A DNA stretch of 64,000 nucleotides from the NCBI GenBank assembly GCA_965367815.1, contig CBDUKN010000003.1, positions 103,649-167,648 on the forward strand. Reading direction: 5' to 3'. A program made the position numbers and the translations under genes. The notes beneath the pieces are model-generated. The model was not told where the DNA came from and did not search any database. It saw only the letters and a program-made list of their open reading frames with translations. Origin of the DNA: an uncultured Thermoprotei archaeon. Lineage in GTDB: Archaea > Thermoproteota > Thermoprotei > Thermofilales > B15-G2. Shown here piece by piece: positions 20,163-30,188 of this stretch. Position 1 is the stretch's first letter. Each line of letters begins with the position of its first letter.

Positions 20163-23100
20163 CTACTCTTCTTTCAGATACTTTGACAGCTCTTCTTTAG
20201 CTGTCTTGATGTAGCGCTTGCGGTCGGCTAGAGTCAGTGCTCTCCACATCAATAGCTGCTTTCTTACAGCGTCGGCGAACTTTCTTACTCCTCTCCTGTA
20301 GACGTAGTCTATTCCGCTTACTCTATTTATGTCAAGTGTTGTTTTAACTATTTGTGAGCCAGCTGGTACGTGGAAGTGCAGATCGCTGGTCATTACTACT
20401 CCGCTGTCGAAAGGCTTCACTTTAACGGTAGTGTGCAGTATAGTTGTCTCGCCTTCGGCCGAGACTTTCTTGCATAACTCGATTTTATCTATCATGAAGT
20501 CTGCTGCTGTCTCAGATCTGTGCAGGTTGAAGTATTCTATGAGGTAGTTTATTAGACCGTCTAGCTCAAGTGGGCTTACCACTACTGGGATATTAATCAT
20601 GTAGCGGTCTCCTCTTTTGATACCTACTGTCTCTATACGCCATCTGCGCTCGAAGGACGGCGTTACTGCTTTAGATGCGACTGATACAGGGTATATTGCG
20701 GCTGTAAGCGTAATGAGTATTGATAGTCCTACTGCACCAGCTACCCATGAAGATGAGGTGTTCAACACTAGGCCTGGTATTAGCTTAGGCAGTACTATTC
20801 CGCAGAGGTAGCCTAGTACTCCTGAGACGACACCTATAATCATGAATTCTAGTAGGAACAGTCCAGCCACGTGTGTCGGCGACAGACCTATAGAGCTCAG
20901 TATAGAGACTTCTCTTTTGCGCTCGTAGACTGCGCTCAGACATGTGTTGAGTATAATGAACACTAGTATTCCCACAGGAATTAGTGCTTCTCTACCGATA
21001 ACCTGTTCTGAGAGTATTTTAGCATATACTCTTACTTCCTTGTCTTTTGCAGCACATATCTTGTATTTAATTCTGTAAGTTAATCTCTGGGCAATTTCAT
21101 ACACTTTACTTGGGTCTTCGAGCACTACTGCTACAGAGAAGACCGCGCCGTGGTGTCTTAAAACAACCTTGTAGGGGACTATGATTATTTCCTCGCCTTC
21201 AAGTCTACGCGCCTCTAAAGCCTGTACACGGCCGCCTCCAGGAGCCTCTATAGCTAGAGGTGTCACTAAGTCGTTATTCGGGTCTCTAATCGACTCAAGC
21301 CACTCTGCATTGAATATTCCTACTACTTTGAGTGCTTCTCCTTCGAACGTTAAGTAGTCTCCTATACTTATATTATACTGAGTTGCCAGTATGTCAGGTA
21401 TTAAACACTCTTTTACATCGTCTGAAGAGAAGTACTGGCCTATAATATAGCCTTTCTTGAGAGCGTCTTCAATATATGTGTACCTCTCTCCTTGAGAGAG
21501 CCCTAAAATACCCTTTACAAAAATCATTCTTCCCTTATAGATTAGCTCGTATCCTTCTTTTCTCTCACCGCCTCTCATTACTTCGGGCCTAATAAACTGT
21601 ATTAGTCCCCTTTCAAGATACGCTCTAGGAGCTATTGCTTTAATAATGTCTGAGAGCTCTCCTTTAAACTGTGTTATGGCCTCAAGTGGAACAGGAGCTA
21701 TTTCTCCACGTACTATCAGTAGGCCGTCGTAGGTTATGGCGTGTTCGGGTAGTTTGTAGTGTTCTATAAGAGTTACGATTTTAGTAGTTGTAACCGAGAG
21801 TGTACTGACTAGAGTAGCTACTACGACCATTAGCGAGACCATTGTTAGTCCTGTTCTAAGTTTACGTCTCCTGAGGTTACCCGCGCCTAGAGAAGCAGCC
21901 ATTATTAGTGCGCTAGCTCTGCTTATGTCAGAGAAGTGTACTCCCGTAGTTTTCAGGCGGAACTTCTTTGCCGTTTCAATAACCCTTGACAGTATTAGCC
22001 CGAGAGGTGCCATTATAACAAATATCAGAACAAAAGCTATCACAACTAGGGGCGCATTTGATGCTAGCGCAAGGGCTGGGTGCACAAAGTACATTATAGA
22101 AGTCGAAGTGACTAGGAGAAGTGCTATTGCGAGAGCTCTCTTGCGCAGCGACTCGAAGTTAAAGAACAGTCTTTCGGCGAGAAACGCGAATGGTAAGGCT
22201 AGTAGAAGGAAGATTGCTGCCGCGAAGCTTGTATCTATCATTGTTCTCCTGAGGTCGTCGTATACTGCTCTATAGTAGCTCCAAGCAGCAATAGCTAGAG
22301 CTATGCCTTTCTCATACTTCTTCTTGGCTATAGCTTCTTCTGCTTTCTTGAGAGTCTCGTTGGCTATCTCAAAGTAATGTAATATTGTAGGCAAGTAGAG
22401 CTGATGAGCCAATGCTTTGTGCATGTACTGGCTACATAGTAGCTGGAACTCCTTGGCGTAGACTAGTGGAGAGCACTTGATTAATACTTGCTCACAGCCT
22501 GTAGGTGTTATACCGTATCCACTATTAGTGAGTACTACTAGGTGGTATGTTGAGTAAGATGGGAATATTATAACATCCCATGGAGGACCAGGAGGTATTG
22601 AGGGATCTGCACTGACATAAATTGCAACGTAAGGTCTCAGAGTTTCTCTAGACATTGTGTGCCACTTGAGGTCATAGTTTAAGCCAAAGTATCTTGTGCT
22701 GCTCTTAGTGTTGTGGTTCACTACGAGTATAACCGGTATCAGTGGCTGTAGAGACTCTGGGTCAAGGAGGTCGGAGAGTATTATTGTAGCAGCCTTGAAG
22801 AGCGAGGTTCTCACTGTATATTCAGGGGCATTTATTCTAACGCGGAAGCTTGGGAGAGCTGTATCACCCATGTTAGGCATGTATCTATCTCCGGTCTTGT
22901 AGTCAAACTTGTATGCATAGAAGCTGTAAGGACCTCTATTGTGTGGAGCAAGCGCCTTAAGCACAGCAATACCATGTTCATCTGTCTTAACTATAATTTG
23001 GTGGTTTACACTAGATGAAATAAAGTTAAACTGCGCCACTACTAATGCCTCGGGCACCGGGTGATACCTCTGCTCTGCCTCTGAGTACTCTTCGACAGAA

Positions 23101-24647
23101 ACTATTGCTTTCGGTATGTTACGCTGGTCTACTCTACTGAACTCTAGTGGGAAGGGCGCGTCAGCTGAAGCAAGTTTCTCTAGCCATACTACGGCAATAA
23201 ACGCGTAGTAAATAGAGTTAGATAGCCGTGAAGCCGTGCTCATGTAGGTGTCCGCTGGAGTGCCTCTGAGTGGAGAATACGTGTCTGCGGTTATAGCTAT
23301 ACCGTATCCTCCAGCCTGCACAAGAGGCTCTATTTCAAAGTATTTTCTCCAGAGGAGCTGGTAACTATCTGGGTTATAGTAGGGTGAAGCTGTTATTATT
23401 CCTTCTTGTGTAATAAGGTTAAAGAGAACAGATTTTTCTTTATATAGGAATTCTATTAGATCCAGTATACCAAAGTCGGGGTTGCTGAAGAAACTTTCTT
23501 CGGTGAGCCTCTTACTTTCGGGAGTTGCTCCATAGAAAGCTCCAGCGTCGAGTAAGGCTATACGTGTTTCGCCTTTAGGCTCGTAGTATGCAGATGGGTC
23601 TAAGTGAATCATTAGCTTAATGTCTGTTAAGTTTATTGGAGCCAGAGGCTTTTCAAAAGCATGAGAGAAAGCAAATTCTCTCGCACCCGCGAGAGCTTGG
23701 TGATGTCCTGAGAAAGCAATAAAAGCTACAGTACGTAAAGGCTTTTCGTCCTTAAATAGCTTAGCTATAGCCAGTAGAGAGGATATGCCTAGTGCTTCAT
23801 CTGCACCAGGAGACCAGGCCGGAGCAACAGACCATGAATCAAAGTAAGCTGTCAATGCGACAACTTCATCAGAATATTTAGAGCCTTTCTTGAGCGCTAT
23901 AATGTTATATGCTGCAACATTCTCGAAAGTCATATTCACTACTATTTTTGCCTTAACTCTTTCTCCAGCATCGAGCTCTGAGAGGATATCCTTGAAGTCG
24001 TTCCAGTCTACAGCGAGCCTAGGAGCGTATATAGGTAGCTCAGAAAACTTGTCTGCTGCCTCAATTTGAGTTACACTTCCTGAAAGAGGATTAACTACAA
24101 AGATAATTGCTTTAGCGCCTAGAGAAATAGCTCTCATCCACTCATATCCGCTGTCGAACTCCATGACCACGATCTTGTTGTCAATATCCTTCCCGTTCAT
24201 TTCTTCTTTGCCGTGTCCAATGTAAACTAGCTCAGCTGTAATACCGTTAGGAGTATAGCATGTTTCAACAAGGTTAGGGACCAAAGCATAAGCTTTAATG
24301 ACCTTATGATAAGGAGACAGGATCTCAACATAAGAGCCATAGTCTATTGGAACCGTTACAGTAAAGTTCTCTACATAAACATCATACCCATAGCTTTTGA
24401 GAGATTCGACAATGTAGTTTACTGACTCGTAGTAGCCCGGATAGCCTACAACTCTAGAGCCTCTCGAGGCGAAGAACTCTAAGTGTGTCCTTACTTCAGT
24501 CGAATAGTACTTGGAAAATTCATTTAGCTTAGTTTCATAGGCGTCTCCCGCGGACAGAAGAGGTAGTTGCATTTGGGGTATACATAGTATAGTTAGTACT
24601 AGAATTAATGCAATGGTCTTTATGTTACCGGATCTTACAACCGGCAT
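20163..24647 (-). CDS. Fusion: signal peptide, PA domain plus M28-like peptidase domain (atypical ligands), helical bundle, MacB/FtsX permease, C-terminal soluble domain
   Basis: GSRVVGYPG, AELVYIGHG..GAKAIIF (PA), NIIA..TAYFDS..PGADEALG, FSGHHQALAG; NLRRRKLRTGLT, YERKREVSILSSIGLSP. Confidence 0.85.
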   Translation of the reverse strand: MPVVRSGNIKTIALILVLTILCIPQMQLPLLSAGDAYETKLNEFSKYYSTEVRTHLEFFASRGSRVVGYPGYYESVNYIVESLKSYGYDVYVENFTVTVPIDYGSYVEILSPYHKVIKAYALVPNLVETCYTPNGITAELVYIGHGKEEMNGKDIDNKIVVMEFDSGYEWMRAISLGAKAIIFVVNPLSGSVTQIEAADKFSELPIYAPRLAVDWNDFKDILSELDAGERVKAKIVVNMTFENVAAYNIIALKKGSKYSDEVVALTAYFDSWSVAPAWSPGADEALGISSLLAIAKLFKDEKPLRTVAFIAFSGHHQALAGAREFAFSHAFEKPLAPINLTDIKLMIHLDPSAYYEPKGETRIALLDAGAFYGATPESKRLTEESFFSNPDFGILDLIEFLYKEKSVLFNLITQEGIITASPYYNPDSYQLLWRKYFEIEPLVQAGGYGIAITADTYSPLRGTPADTYMSTASRLSNSIYYAFIAVVWLEKLASADAPFPLEFSRVDQRNIPKAIVSVEEYSEAEQRYHPVPEALVVAQFNFISSSVNHQIIVKTDEHGIAVLKALAPHNRGPYSFYAYKFDYKTGDRYMPNMGDTALPSFRVRINAPEYTVRTSLFKAATIILSDLLDPESLQPLIPVILVVNHNTKSSTRYFGLNYDLKWHTMSRETLRPYVAIYVSADPSIPPGPPWDVIIFPSYSTYHLVVLTNSGYGITPTGCEQVLIKCSPLVYAKEFQLLCSQYMHKALAHQLYLPTILHYFEIANETLKKAEEAIAKKKYEKGIALAIAAWSYYRAVYDDLRRTMIDTSFAAAIFLLLALPFAFLAERLFFNFESLRKRALAIALLLVTSTSIMYFVHPALALASNAPLVVIAFVLIFVIMAPLGLILSRVIETAKKFRLKTTGVHFSDISRASALIMAASLGAGNLRRRKLRTGLTMVSLMVVVATLVSTLSVTTTKIVTLIEHYKLPEHAITYDGLLIVRGEIAPVPLEAITQFKGELSDIIKAIAPRAYLERGLIQFIRPEVMRGGERKEGYELIYKGRMIFVKGILGLSQGERYTYIEDALKKGYIIGQYFSSDDVKECLIPDILATQYNISIGDYLTFEGEALKVVGIFNAEWLESIRDPNNDLVTPLAIEAPGGGRVQALEARRLEGEEIIIVPYKVVLRHHGAVFSVAVVLEDPSKVYEIAQRLTYRIKYKICAAKDKEVRVYAKILSEQVIGREALIPVGILVFIILNTCLSAVYERKREVSILSSIGLSPTHVAGLFLLEFMIIGVVSGVLGYLCGIVLPKLIPGLVLNTSSSWVAGAVGLSILITLTAAIYPVSVASKAVTPSFERRWRIETVGIKRGDRYMINIPVVVSPLELDGLINYLIEYFNLHRSETAADFMIDKIELCKKVSAEGETTILHTTVKVKPFDSGVVMTSDLHFHVPAGSQIVKTTLDINRVSGIDYVYRRGVRKFADAVRKQLLMWRALTLADRKRYIKTAKEELSKYLKEE

Positions 24648-24868
24648 CGAATCCTATTCTTTTAAACAATCTAATTAAATTTTCGCCGACAAATAAATTC
24701 CTTTCTAACTTTAACTTAAAGAAGAAGCCCTAGACTACGTATAGTTCTACTTCTACTGAGTACTCAGCCGGATAAACACACTGAAAACACTTTCAACTGA
24801 ATACTTATTTAACTATGTAAAATTCAATATATTAAGTGGTAACTGTAGCAGACTCCACCAGTCTGTTC

Positions 24869-24899
24869 AGTATATATACTTTACTGTAGGGTTTAAATA
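24869..24899 (+). promoter_or_regulatory. TATA box with an adjacent 12-bp palindrome upstream of the second OPT-like gene
   Basis: AGTATATATACT at 24869-24880 and TTTAAATA at 24892-24899, ~29 nt before ATG 24928. Confidence 0.5.
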
Positions 24900-24927
24900 G
24901 TTGAGTTGTTATAACTCTGCGACCCGT

Positions 24928-26913
24928 ATGTCTGAAGGAACTGGTAAGACCGAAGTGACCGAGAAGGGACTAGCTGCCTACAGACTGCCCATAAAGGGTC
25001 TAATACTAGGCATAATCGGAATGCTCCTCGCTGTATGGATTATCAAAATAATCGGCCCTGTCAGCGGCTTCCTACCCACAGCTGAAACATCATTAATGTT
25101 CATTATCCTCATAGCCTTAATAACATCATTCCTGCCTCCTAAGCTCAGGCTATCAATGGAAGACTATGTAGTAATCTTCGCTATGATCTACGCGGCTCCA
25201 GCTGTGAGCGATGGTTCATTATTCTTCTCTCTACCAATATGGATTCATACAGATGTATATTCCTGGCTCAACAGTATGAAGGCACAAGGCCTAGTGCCTT
25301 CTTGGGTCTTCGGACCCAAGGAACTATACGACTTAGCTCTTAAAGGAGGAGTATCTCCACCATGGGGACAGCTAACCCCATGGATACTGACAGGATTTGT
25401 TGTCACAATAGCTTACGCTCTAGCCTACATGCTCGCCGCCGCTGCCTTCAGAAGGCAGGTAATTGAAGTAGAGAGAATAGTCTTCCCGGTAGCTACAGCC
25501 ACATACACTTCAGTAATAAGCGCTTACGCGGTGGGAGAAGAAGCCAAGGCCCCTCTACTAGGCACTAAGAGAAACTGGATGATTGTAGGACTCTTAGTAG
25601 GATTCCTCCTAACAGCCTTCACTGAAGGATACTTAGTCTCAAGAGTAGCACCCTGGCTACCAGTAATACCAGGCACCACTGATCTCTCGCCACAACTATG
25701 GAAAGCCGTGCCCGGCCTAATGCTAGACATGTATTGGAACAGCTTCTTCCCATGGAGCTTCTTTGGATTCTTCTTCCCAATGGAGAGCCTGATAGGCATC
25801 AGTATAGGCGCTATCGTAACATACATGATACTGCTACCACTAGAAATTAGAATGGGACTAATACCTTCGTTCGACATGTCCATGAGCAAAGAAGACGTAT
25901 GGTTCTATGCGTTCAGAGTTGAGGGTTTCAAGTTCTTCTTCGGAGCAGTAGCTATGATCAACGCTGTAGTGATCGCATACTATATTACAGGTCTCAAGTC
26001 ACTAAGAGAAACATGGAAAGAGAACCCTGAAGACGCATTCGGCCGCTACAGAACAACAGCCATACTAGCTATTGTAGGCATACTTGTGTTCCTAGCAGTA
26101 GGCGTAATTTTTGGAGGATTCCTCCCAGCAATATTCCTCATAGCACTAGACATACTGTTCCTCGCCAACATGTTCTGGATTCGCGGCATTGGAGAATGTA
26201 ACTTAATGTGGAGTGTCTGGGCCGTCTACTTTATGGATGCACTACAGATTTGTGAAGTAATGGGTGTTGTCCAGAGAGGTGTAGGTGAAGTAACACCTAT
26301 GCTAGTAGGAACATACGCTCCAATGATGCTAGCATTAGAGACTTCAAGTATGGCTGGAGTAGCCTACATGGAGACAAGCAGATTCGCTTTCTTAGCCAAA
26401 GTCAGTCCCAAGAAAGTTGCAGCAGCTCTCATAGTAGGCTTCATTATTGCATACTTCATTGAATCCATTATTTCAGCTCAGTTAACATTCCAGTTCGGCA
26501 TAAGGCACGACTACTTTGGTGCATGGGGCTACGGATACTACATATTCTTCTATCCATATAGAGCTATTCACCAAGTAGACGTTATTGAGGCCTGGTACTC
26601 GCTAAGCGGCGCAGCTATACCCTTCTATGCCTTCTGTTTCATACTAGGCTTCGCATTAACGTTCGCTAGATACAGGTGGGCTATACCAATAAGCGCTATC
26701 GGTCTAGCCTTCGGCATGGGCCTAGATCCATGGAGCTTCGGCTACACGTTCATACCATACCTCGTCATCAAGTGGCTAATGCTCAAGCTAGGTGGCACTA
26801 AGCTAGTAGAGCAAGTAGGTGCACCATTCTTCGCCGGTGCCTCTGCCGGAGGAATGCTAGCAGCCTTCTTCGCAGGCATTGCTGCATACTACCAGGCAAT
26901 ATACGGAGGATAG
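24928..26913 (+). CDS. Second OPT-superfamily-like transporter (DUF6785-like)
   Basis: Polytopic; LSMEDYVVIFAM, GGVSPPWG, FRRQVIEVERIVFPVA, KWLMLKLGG..PFFAG; start moved from TTG 24901 to ATG 24928 on TATA spacing. Confidence 0.75.
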   Translation: MSEGTGKTEVTEKGLAAYRLPIKGLILGIIGMLLAVWIIKIIGPVSGFLPTAETSLMFIILIALITSFLPPKLRLSMEDYVVIFAMIYAAPAVSDGSLFFSLPIWIHTDVYSWLNSMKAQGLVPSWVFGPKELYDLALKGGVSPPWGQLTPWILTGFVVTIAYALAYMLAAAAFRRQVIEVERIVFPVATATYTSVISAYAVGEEAKAPLLGTKRNWMIVGLLVGFLLTAFTEGYLVSRVAPWLPVIPGTTDLSPQLWKAVPGLMLDMYWNSFFPWSFFGFFFPMESLIGISIGAIVTYMILLPLEIRMGLIPSFDMSMSKEDVWFYAFRVEGFKFFFGAVAMINAVVIAYYITGLKSLRETWKENPEDAFGRYRTTAILAIVGILVFLAVGVIFGGFLPAIFLIALDILFLANMFWIRGIGECNLMWSVWAVYFMDALQICEVMGVVQRGVGEVTPMLVGTYAPMMLALETSSMAGVAYMETSRFAFLAKVSPKKVAAALIVGFIIAYFIESIISAQLTFQFGIRHDYFGAWGYGYYIFFYPYRAIHQVDVIEAWYSLSGAAIPFYAFCFILGFALTFARYRWAIPISAIGLAFGMGLDPWSFGYTFIPYLVIKWLMLKLGGTKLVEQVGAPFFAGASAGGMLAAFFAGIAAYYQAIYGG

Positions 26914-27090
26914 GGTAATAAAATCTTAATTATTTACCATTATTTTTTCCAAATCTACTTTCTGACATAAGATTGCGTTTACTTGTTTTTAATGTAGAAA
27001 GATATAGCTCTAATTTACTCTAATTATTCTAACAAGAATTTCTATCGATGATAAAATATTTATTGAGGAGGTTAATTCAGAATAATAGCT

Positions 27091-30000
27091 ATGATGACTT
27101 CAAAATATTTGCTAATGGGGCTAGCAGCAGTAATACTAGTTCAGCTAGCTCTAGTCCATAGTCAGCCTAGCATATATATTGAAGTAAAGGGTGTCGTAAG
27201 AGATGCTGTAACAGGTAAGCCTCTGGGAGATACAATTATCGTAGTCTACAATAGGAGCGCGGCAAAAGCTTCTCCAGTGCTCATTAAGACCGACAGTGAA
27301 GGCCGTTTCTCTATAGGGCTTATTCCTCAGTTGAGCTATACTCTGCACTTTATTCATGCCAATGAAAAAGGTTTAATAGACTATGTTCCTGCATGCCTTA
27401 CTATAGAGAAAAACGCGGTGTCAGTAGAGTGTGAAGTGAAGCTCTATCCTGGTGCAGTTCTATGCATTAAAGGAGACCTATACTATATTGGCGGAGAGGT
27501 TTCGCGGTGGAGGCGCTACGTTGTCTTAAATGTTGAGAACCGGAGGTACTCTGAGGTATTTTCCTGTGGAGAAGCTGTAGTCAAGACTATTACTGGTGAA
27601 TCTGGTCGAGTTAAAGTAAGTCTGCTAGACGAGTACGGATCTGTACTGTACTTTGTGCTGAAGAACAGTCCTATATCGAAAACACTCAACGAAAGTATTG
27701 TTGTAGTTCCCGCAGACTCGCCTATAGTTATTTTAGCTACAGCGCCCGCTAAGAACTACAGGACAGGCTACTTCGATGAAGTACACTTCTACGTAGATAA
27801 TCCTACTCTAAGGAAGGGGCTTTCTCAGGGAACTTTCCTCGTATACGATATTACAGCTGACTCTCTCAGCTACTGTATTAAGCTAGTTGAAGAGGATATA
27901 AGGAAGCTCGAGTCTATGGTAAACGAGTTCGAGAGTATAGGCTTCTATGTCGCTGAGGAGAGGTACAGGTATCTTGACGAAGCGAAGAGGCTTGTAGAGA
28001 GAGCTAGAAGCTACATTATAGAGACTGGAGTTGAAGAAGCCTTAACTATGCTGGAGAAAGCTGACGCTATTGTCTGGCCAGGTGAGAGAGGTATACTTTA
28101 CAACAGGCTGATGTTCATGAAGCTCGTCGCTAAAGAAAGTGCAGCAGTACTCCCAGTGTTACTTGCTGTATTCGCTATAGCTATGGGCATGTTCTTTCAC
28201 GAAGACTTGAAGAAAAAAATAGCTACGACGGTAGCTTTCTATGTGTTGTTCCTCGTGCTCTTCATATATTCTTATCCAGGCTTTAAGCTAATAGATGCAA
28301 CTAAGTTCACTGTAAGCACTATAGGCTCGCTGGCTGGGGCGCTAGCACTTTTCTTCGTGCTTCCGCGCTACTTTAAGGAACTCGAGGTTCCGGGTAAGGC
28401 GTCGTTTTCAAGTATTGTGGCAATAACAGCGTCTATTGCTAAGAGATATGCTAGAGTAAGGAAGCTGAGGACAACGATTACTATTTTCTCGCTGGCGATA
28501 CTGATATGGGCTTTCACAGTACTCACATCTGTCTCTACAATACACACTATTGTTTCAGAAGCCCCAGTCAACGTACTCTACTCGGGTACAGCAGTTGTTG
28601 TTAGAGCATACTACAAGGATATGCCTGAGTCGCTGTCTCTACAAGATACTGGTCTCTGCGAGCACTTCTTTAAGCCGAAAGTACTCGCTGTTAGAGCCTA
28701 CCTCAAGCCTACTTTTGCCGGAGAATCTAAGATCTATGTTGGCGGCAGGAGAATAGTATCTATTATGGGTATAGGGCCTGAGGAACGTGAGTTCTGGCTT
28801 AAAGGAAACGTGGTTGAAGGAGATTTAGCTAAACTCGATGATGAGGGAGTGCTGCTACCAAAGTCTCTTGCATACAGGATTGGAGCAAAGGTAGGCGATA
28901 AAGTAGTGCTCTACATAGAGAACAGGATCTACGGTGTTTACAAAGATACTTTGACAGTAGTAGGCATATACGACGATGCTGCTGTAGGGAACTTGGACAT
29001 AGATAAGAAGCCGGTACTGCCCTTCATTCTCTCTGGAGAAAATATCGTTTACTGTAATGCGTCTAGTACAGTTATTGTCAGCTGGAAGTACTTGATGTAC
29101 AGGCTGTTCCCCGACACGAAGACAGGTATTTCCCGCGTATCGAGCGTATACAGTATAGCTTTAGTTCCTGGAAGCGGGGTCAACGTAGAGGCGGCTACAA
29201 GGAGTTTTCTAGAGTGCAAGGGTATAGGCTACTATGTCGCAGTAGTTAAGGATGGTTCTGCTCGCTTTTACCACTTCGGTGAGCGCATGGTTATAGTAGG
29301 TTCCTACGAGCTACTGTTCCCAATACTAATAGTAGTCGGCAACGTAGCCGTAACAATGTACAGTATTGTTAGAGAGAGGCACCGCGAAATATTCATACTC
29401 AACGCGCTAGGCTACAATCCGCTGCAGATAGCTTCCTTGTTCTTAATGGAGTCTATTATCTACGGACTAATTGGGGGAGGAATAGGCTATATTTCTGGTA
29501 TAGTTACATACAAGCTTATGACAACAGAGTGGTTTAAGCCATTCCAGTTTATTGTGAGAGAAAAGCTCGAGTGGTACTGGAGTATAATTGGTGTCACGCT
29601 GTCAATAGTAATATCGATGCTGTCTTCATTCAGGCCAGCTCTCTCTGCAGCCTACAAGGTTTCTCCGACATTATTTAAGAAAGCTAAAGTCACTGAGGAA
29701 GAGAAAATCGAGCGTGAAGAAAAGTACTTAGTCACATACACTTCGAAGACCATTGGCATGCCTATACGCGTACACGAGGACGAAGCAGTAGTCTTCTACT
29801 CATATCTCTACACTAAGCTCAAGGATCTGGAGGGAGGAGTTATTGAGCGTATAGAAGACTTAGAGGAGCTCGAGGAAGAAGAGCACCCCGACGGCAAGCG
29901 TGTAAAGAGATTTAAGTTCAAGTATGTTTCAGACACAACTAAAGGAAAAGTTGTCATCGACTGTGAGCTAATAATGACGAAGATGCCTAAGACAGACTAC

Positions 30001-30129
30001 TATACAGTAGAGCTAGTAGCTAAGCCGAAGGAAGAAGAAATCTCAATAGTCTACATAGACCAGGCGGCGGCAGTCATTAAGGATATAGTAATGGGCTGGC
30101 TGAAGGAAAGAAAGTTCCACGTAGGCTAG
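27091..30129 (+). CDS. Fusion: signal peptide, carboxypeptidase-regulatory/Ig-like domain, helical bundle, MacB/FtsX permease, C-terminal soluble domain
   Basis: VKGVVRDAVTGKPL..TDSEGRFSI; RYARVRKLRTTIT; GAKVGDKV; RERHREIFILNALGYNP. Confidence 0.85.
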   Translation: MMTSKYLLMGLAAVILVQLALVHSQPSIYIEVKGVVRDAVTGKPLGDTIIVVYNRSAAKASPVLIKTDSEGRFSIGLIPQLSYTLHFIHANEKGLIDYVPACLTIEKNAVSVECEVKLYPGAVLCIKGDLYYIGGEVSRWRRYVVLNVENRRYSEVFSCGEAVVKTITGESGRVKVSLLDEYGSVLYFVLKNSPISKTLNESIVVVPADSPIVILATAPAKNYRTGYFDEVHFYVDNPTLRKGLSQGTFLVYDITADSLSYCIKLVEEDIRKLESMVNEFESIGFYVAEERYRYLDEAKRLVERARSYIIETGVEEALTMLEKADAIVWPGERGILYNRLMFMKLVAKESAAVLPVLLAVFAIAMGMFFHEDLKKKIATTVAFYVLFLVLFIYSYPGFKLIDATKFTVSTIGSLAGALALFFVLPRYFKELEVPGKASFSSIVAITASIAKRYARVRKLRTTITIFSLAILIWAFTVLTSVSTIHTIVSEAPVNVLYSGTAVVVRAYYKDMPESLSLQDTGLCEHFFKPKVLAVRAYLKPTFAGESKIYVGGRRIVSIMGIGPEEREFWLKGNVVEGDLAKLDDEGVLLPKSLAYRIGAKVGDKVVLYIENRIYGVYKDTLTVVGIYDDAAVGNLDIDKKPVLPFILSGENIVYCNASSTVIVSWKYLMYRLFPDTKTGISRVSSVYSIALVPGSGVNVEAATRSFLECKGIGYYVAVVKDGSARFYHFGERMVIVGSYELLFPILIVVGNVAVTMYSIVRERHREIFILNALGYNPLQIASLFLMESIIYGLIGGGIGYISGIVTYKLMTTEWFKPFQFIVREKLEWYWSIIGVTLSIVISMLSSFRPALSAAYKVSPTLFKKAKVTEEEKIEREEKYLVTYTSKTIGMPIRVHEDEAVVFYSYLYTKLKDLEGGVIERIEDLEELEEEEHPDGKRVKRFKFKYVSDTTKGKVVIDCELIMTKMPKTDYYTVELVAKPKEEEISIVYIDQAAAVIKDIVMGWLKERKFHVG

Positions 30130-30188
30130 TTTTCTTTCTTTAATTCAATTTCACTAACTATATCCTAATATTTATTATTAAGTAATAT

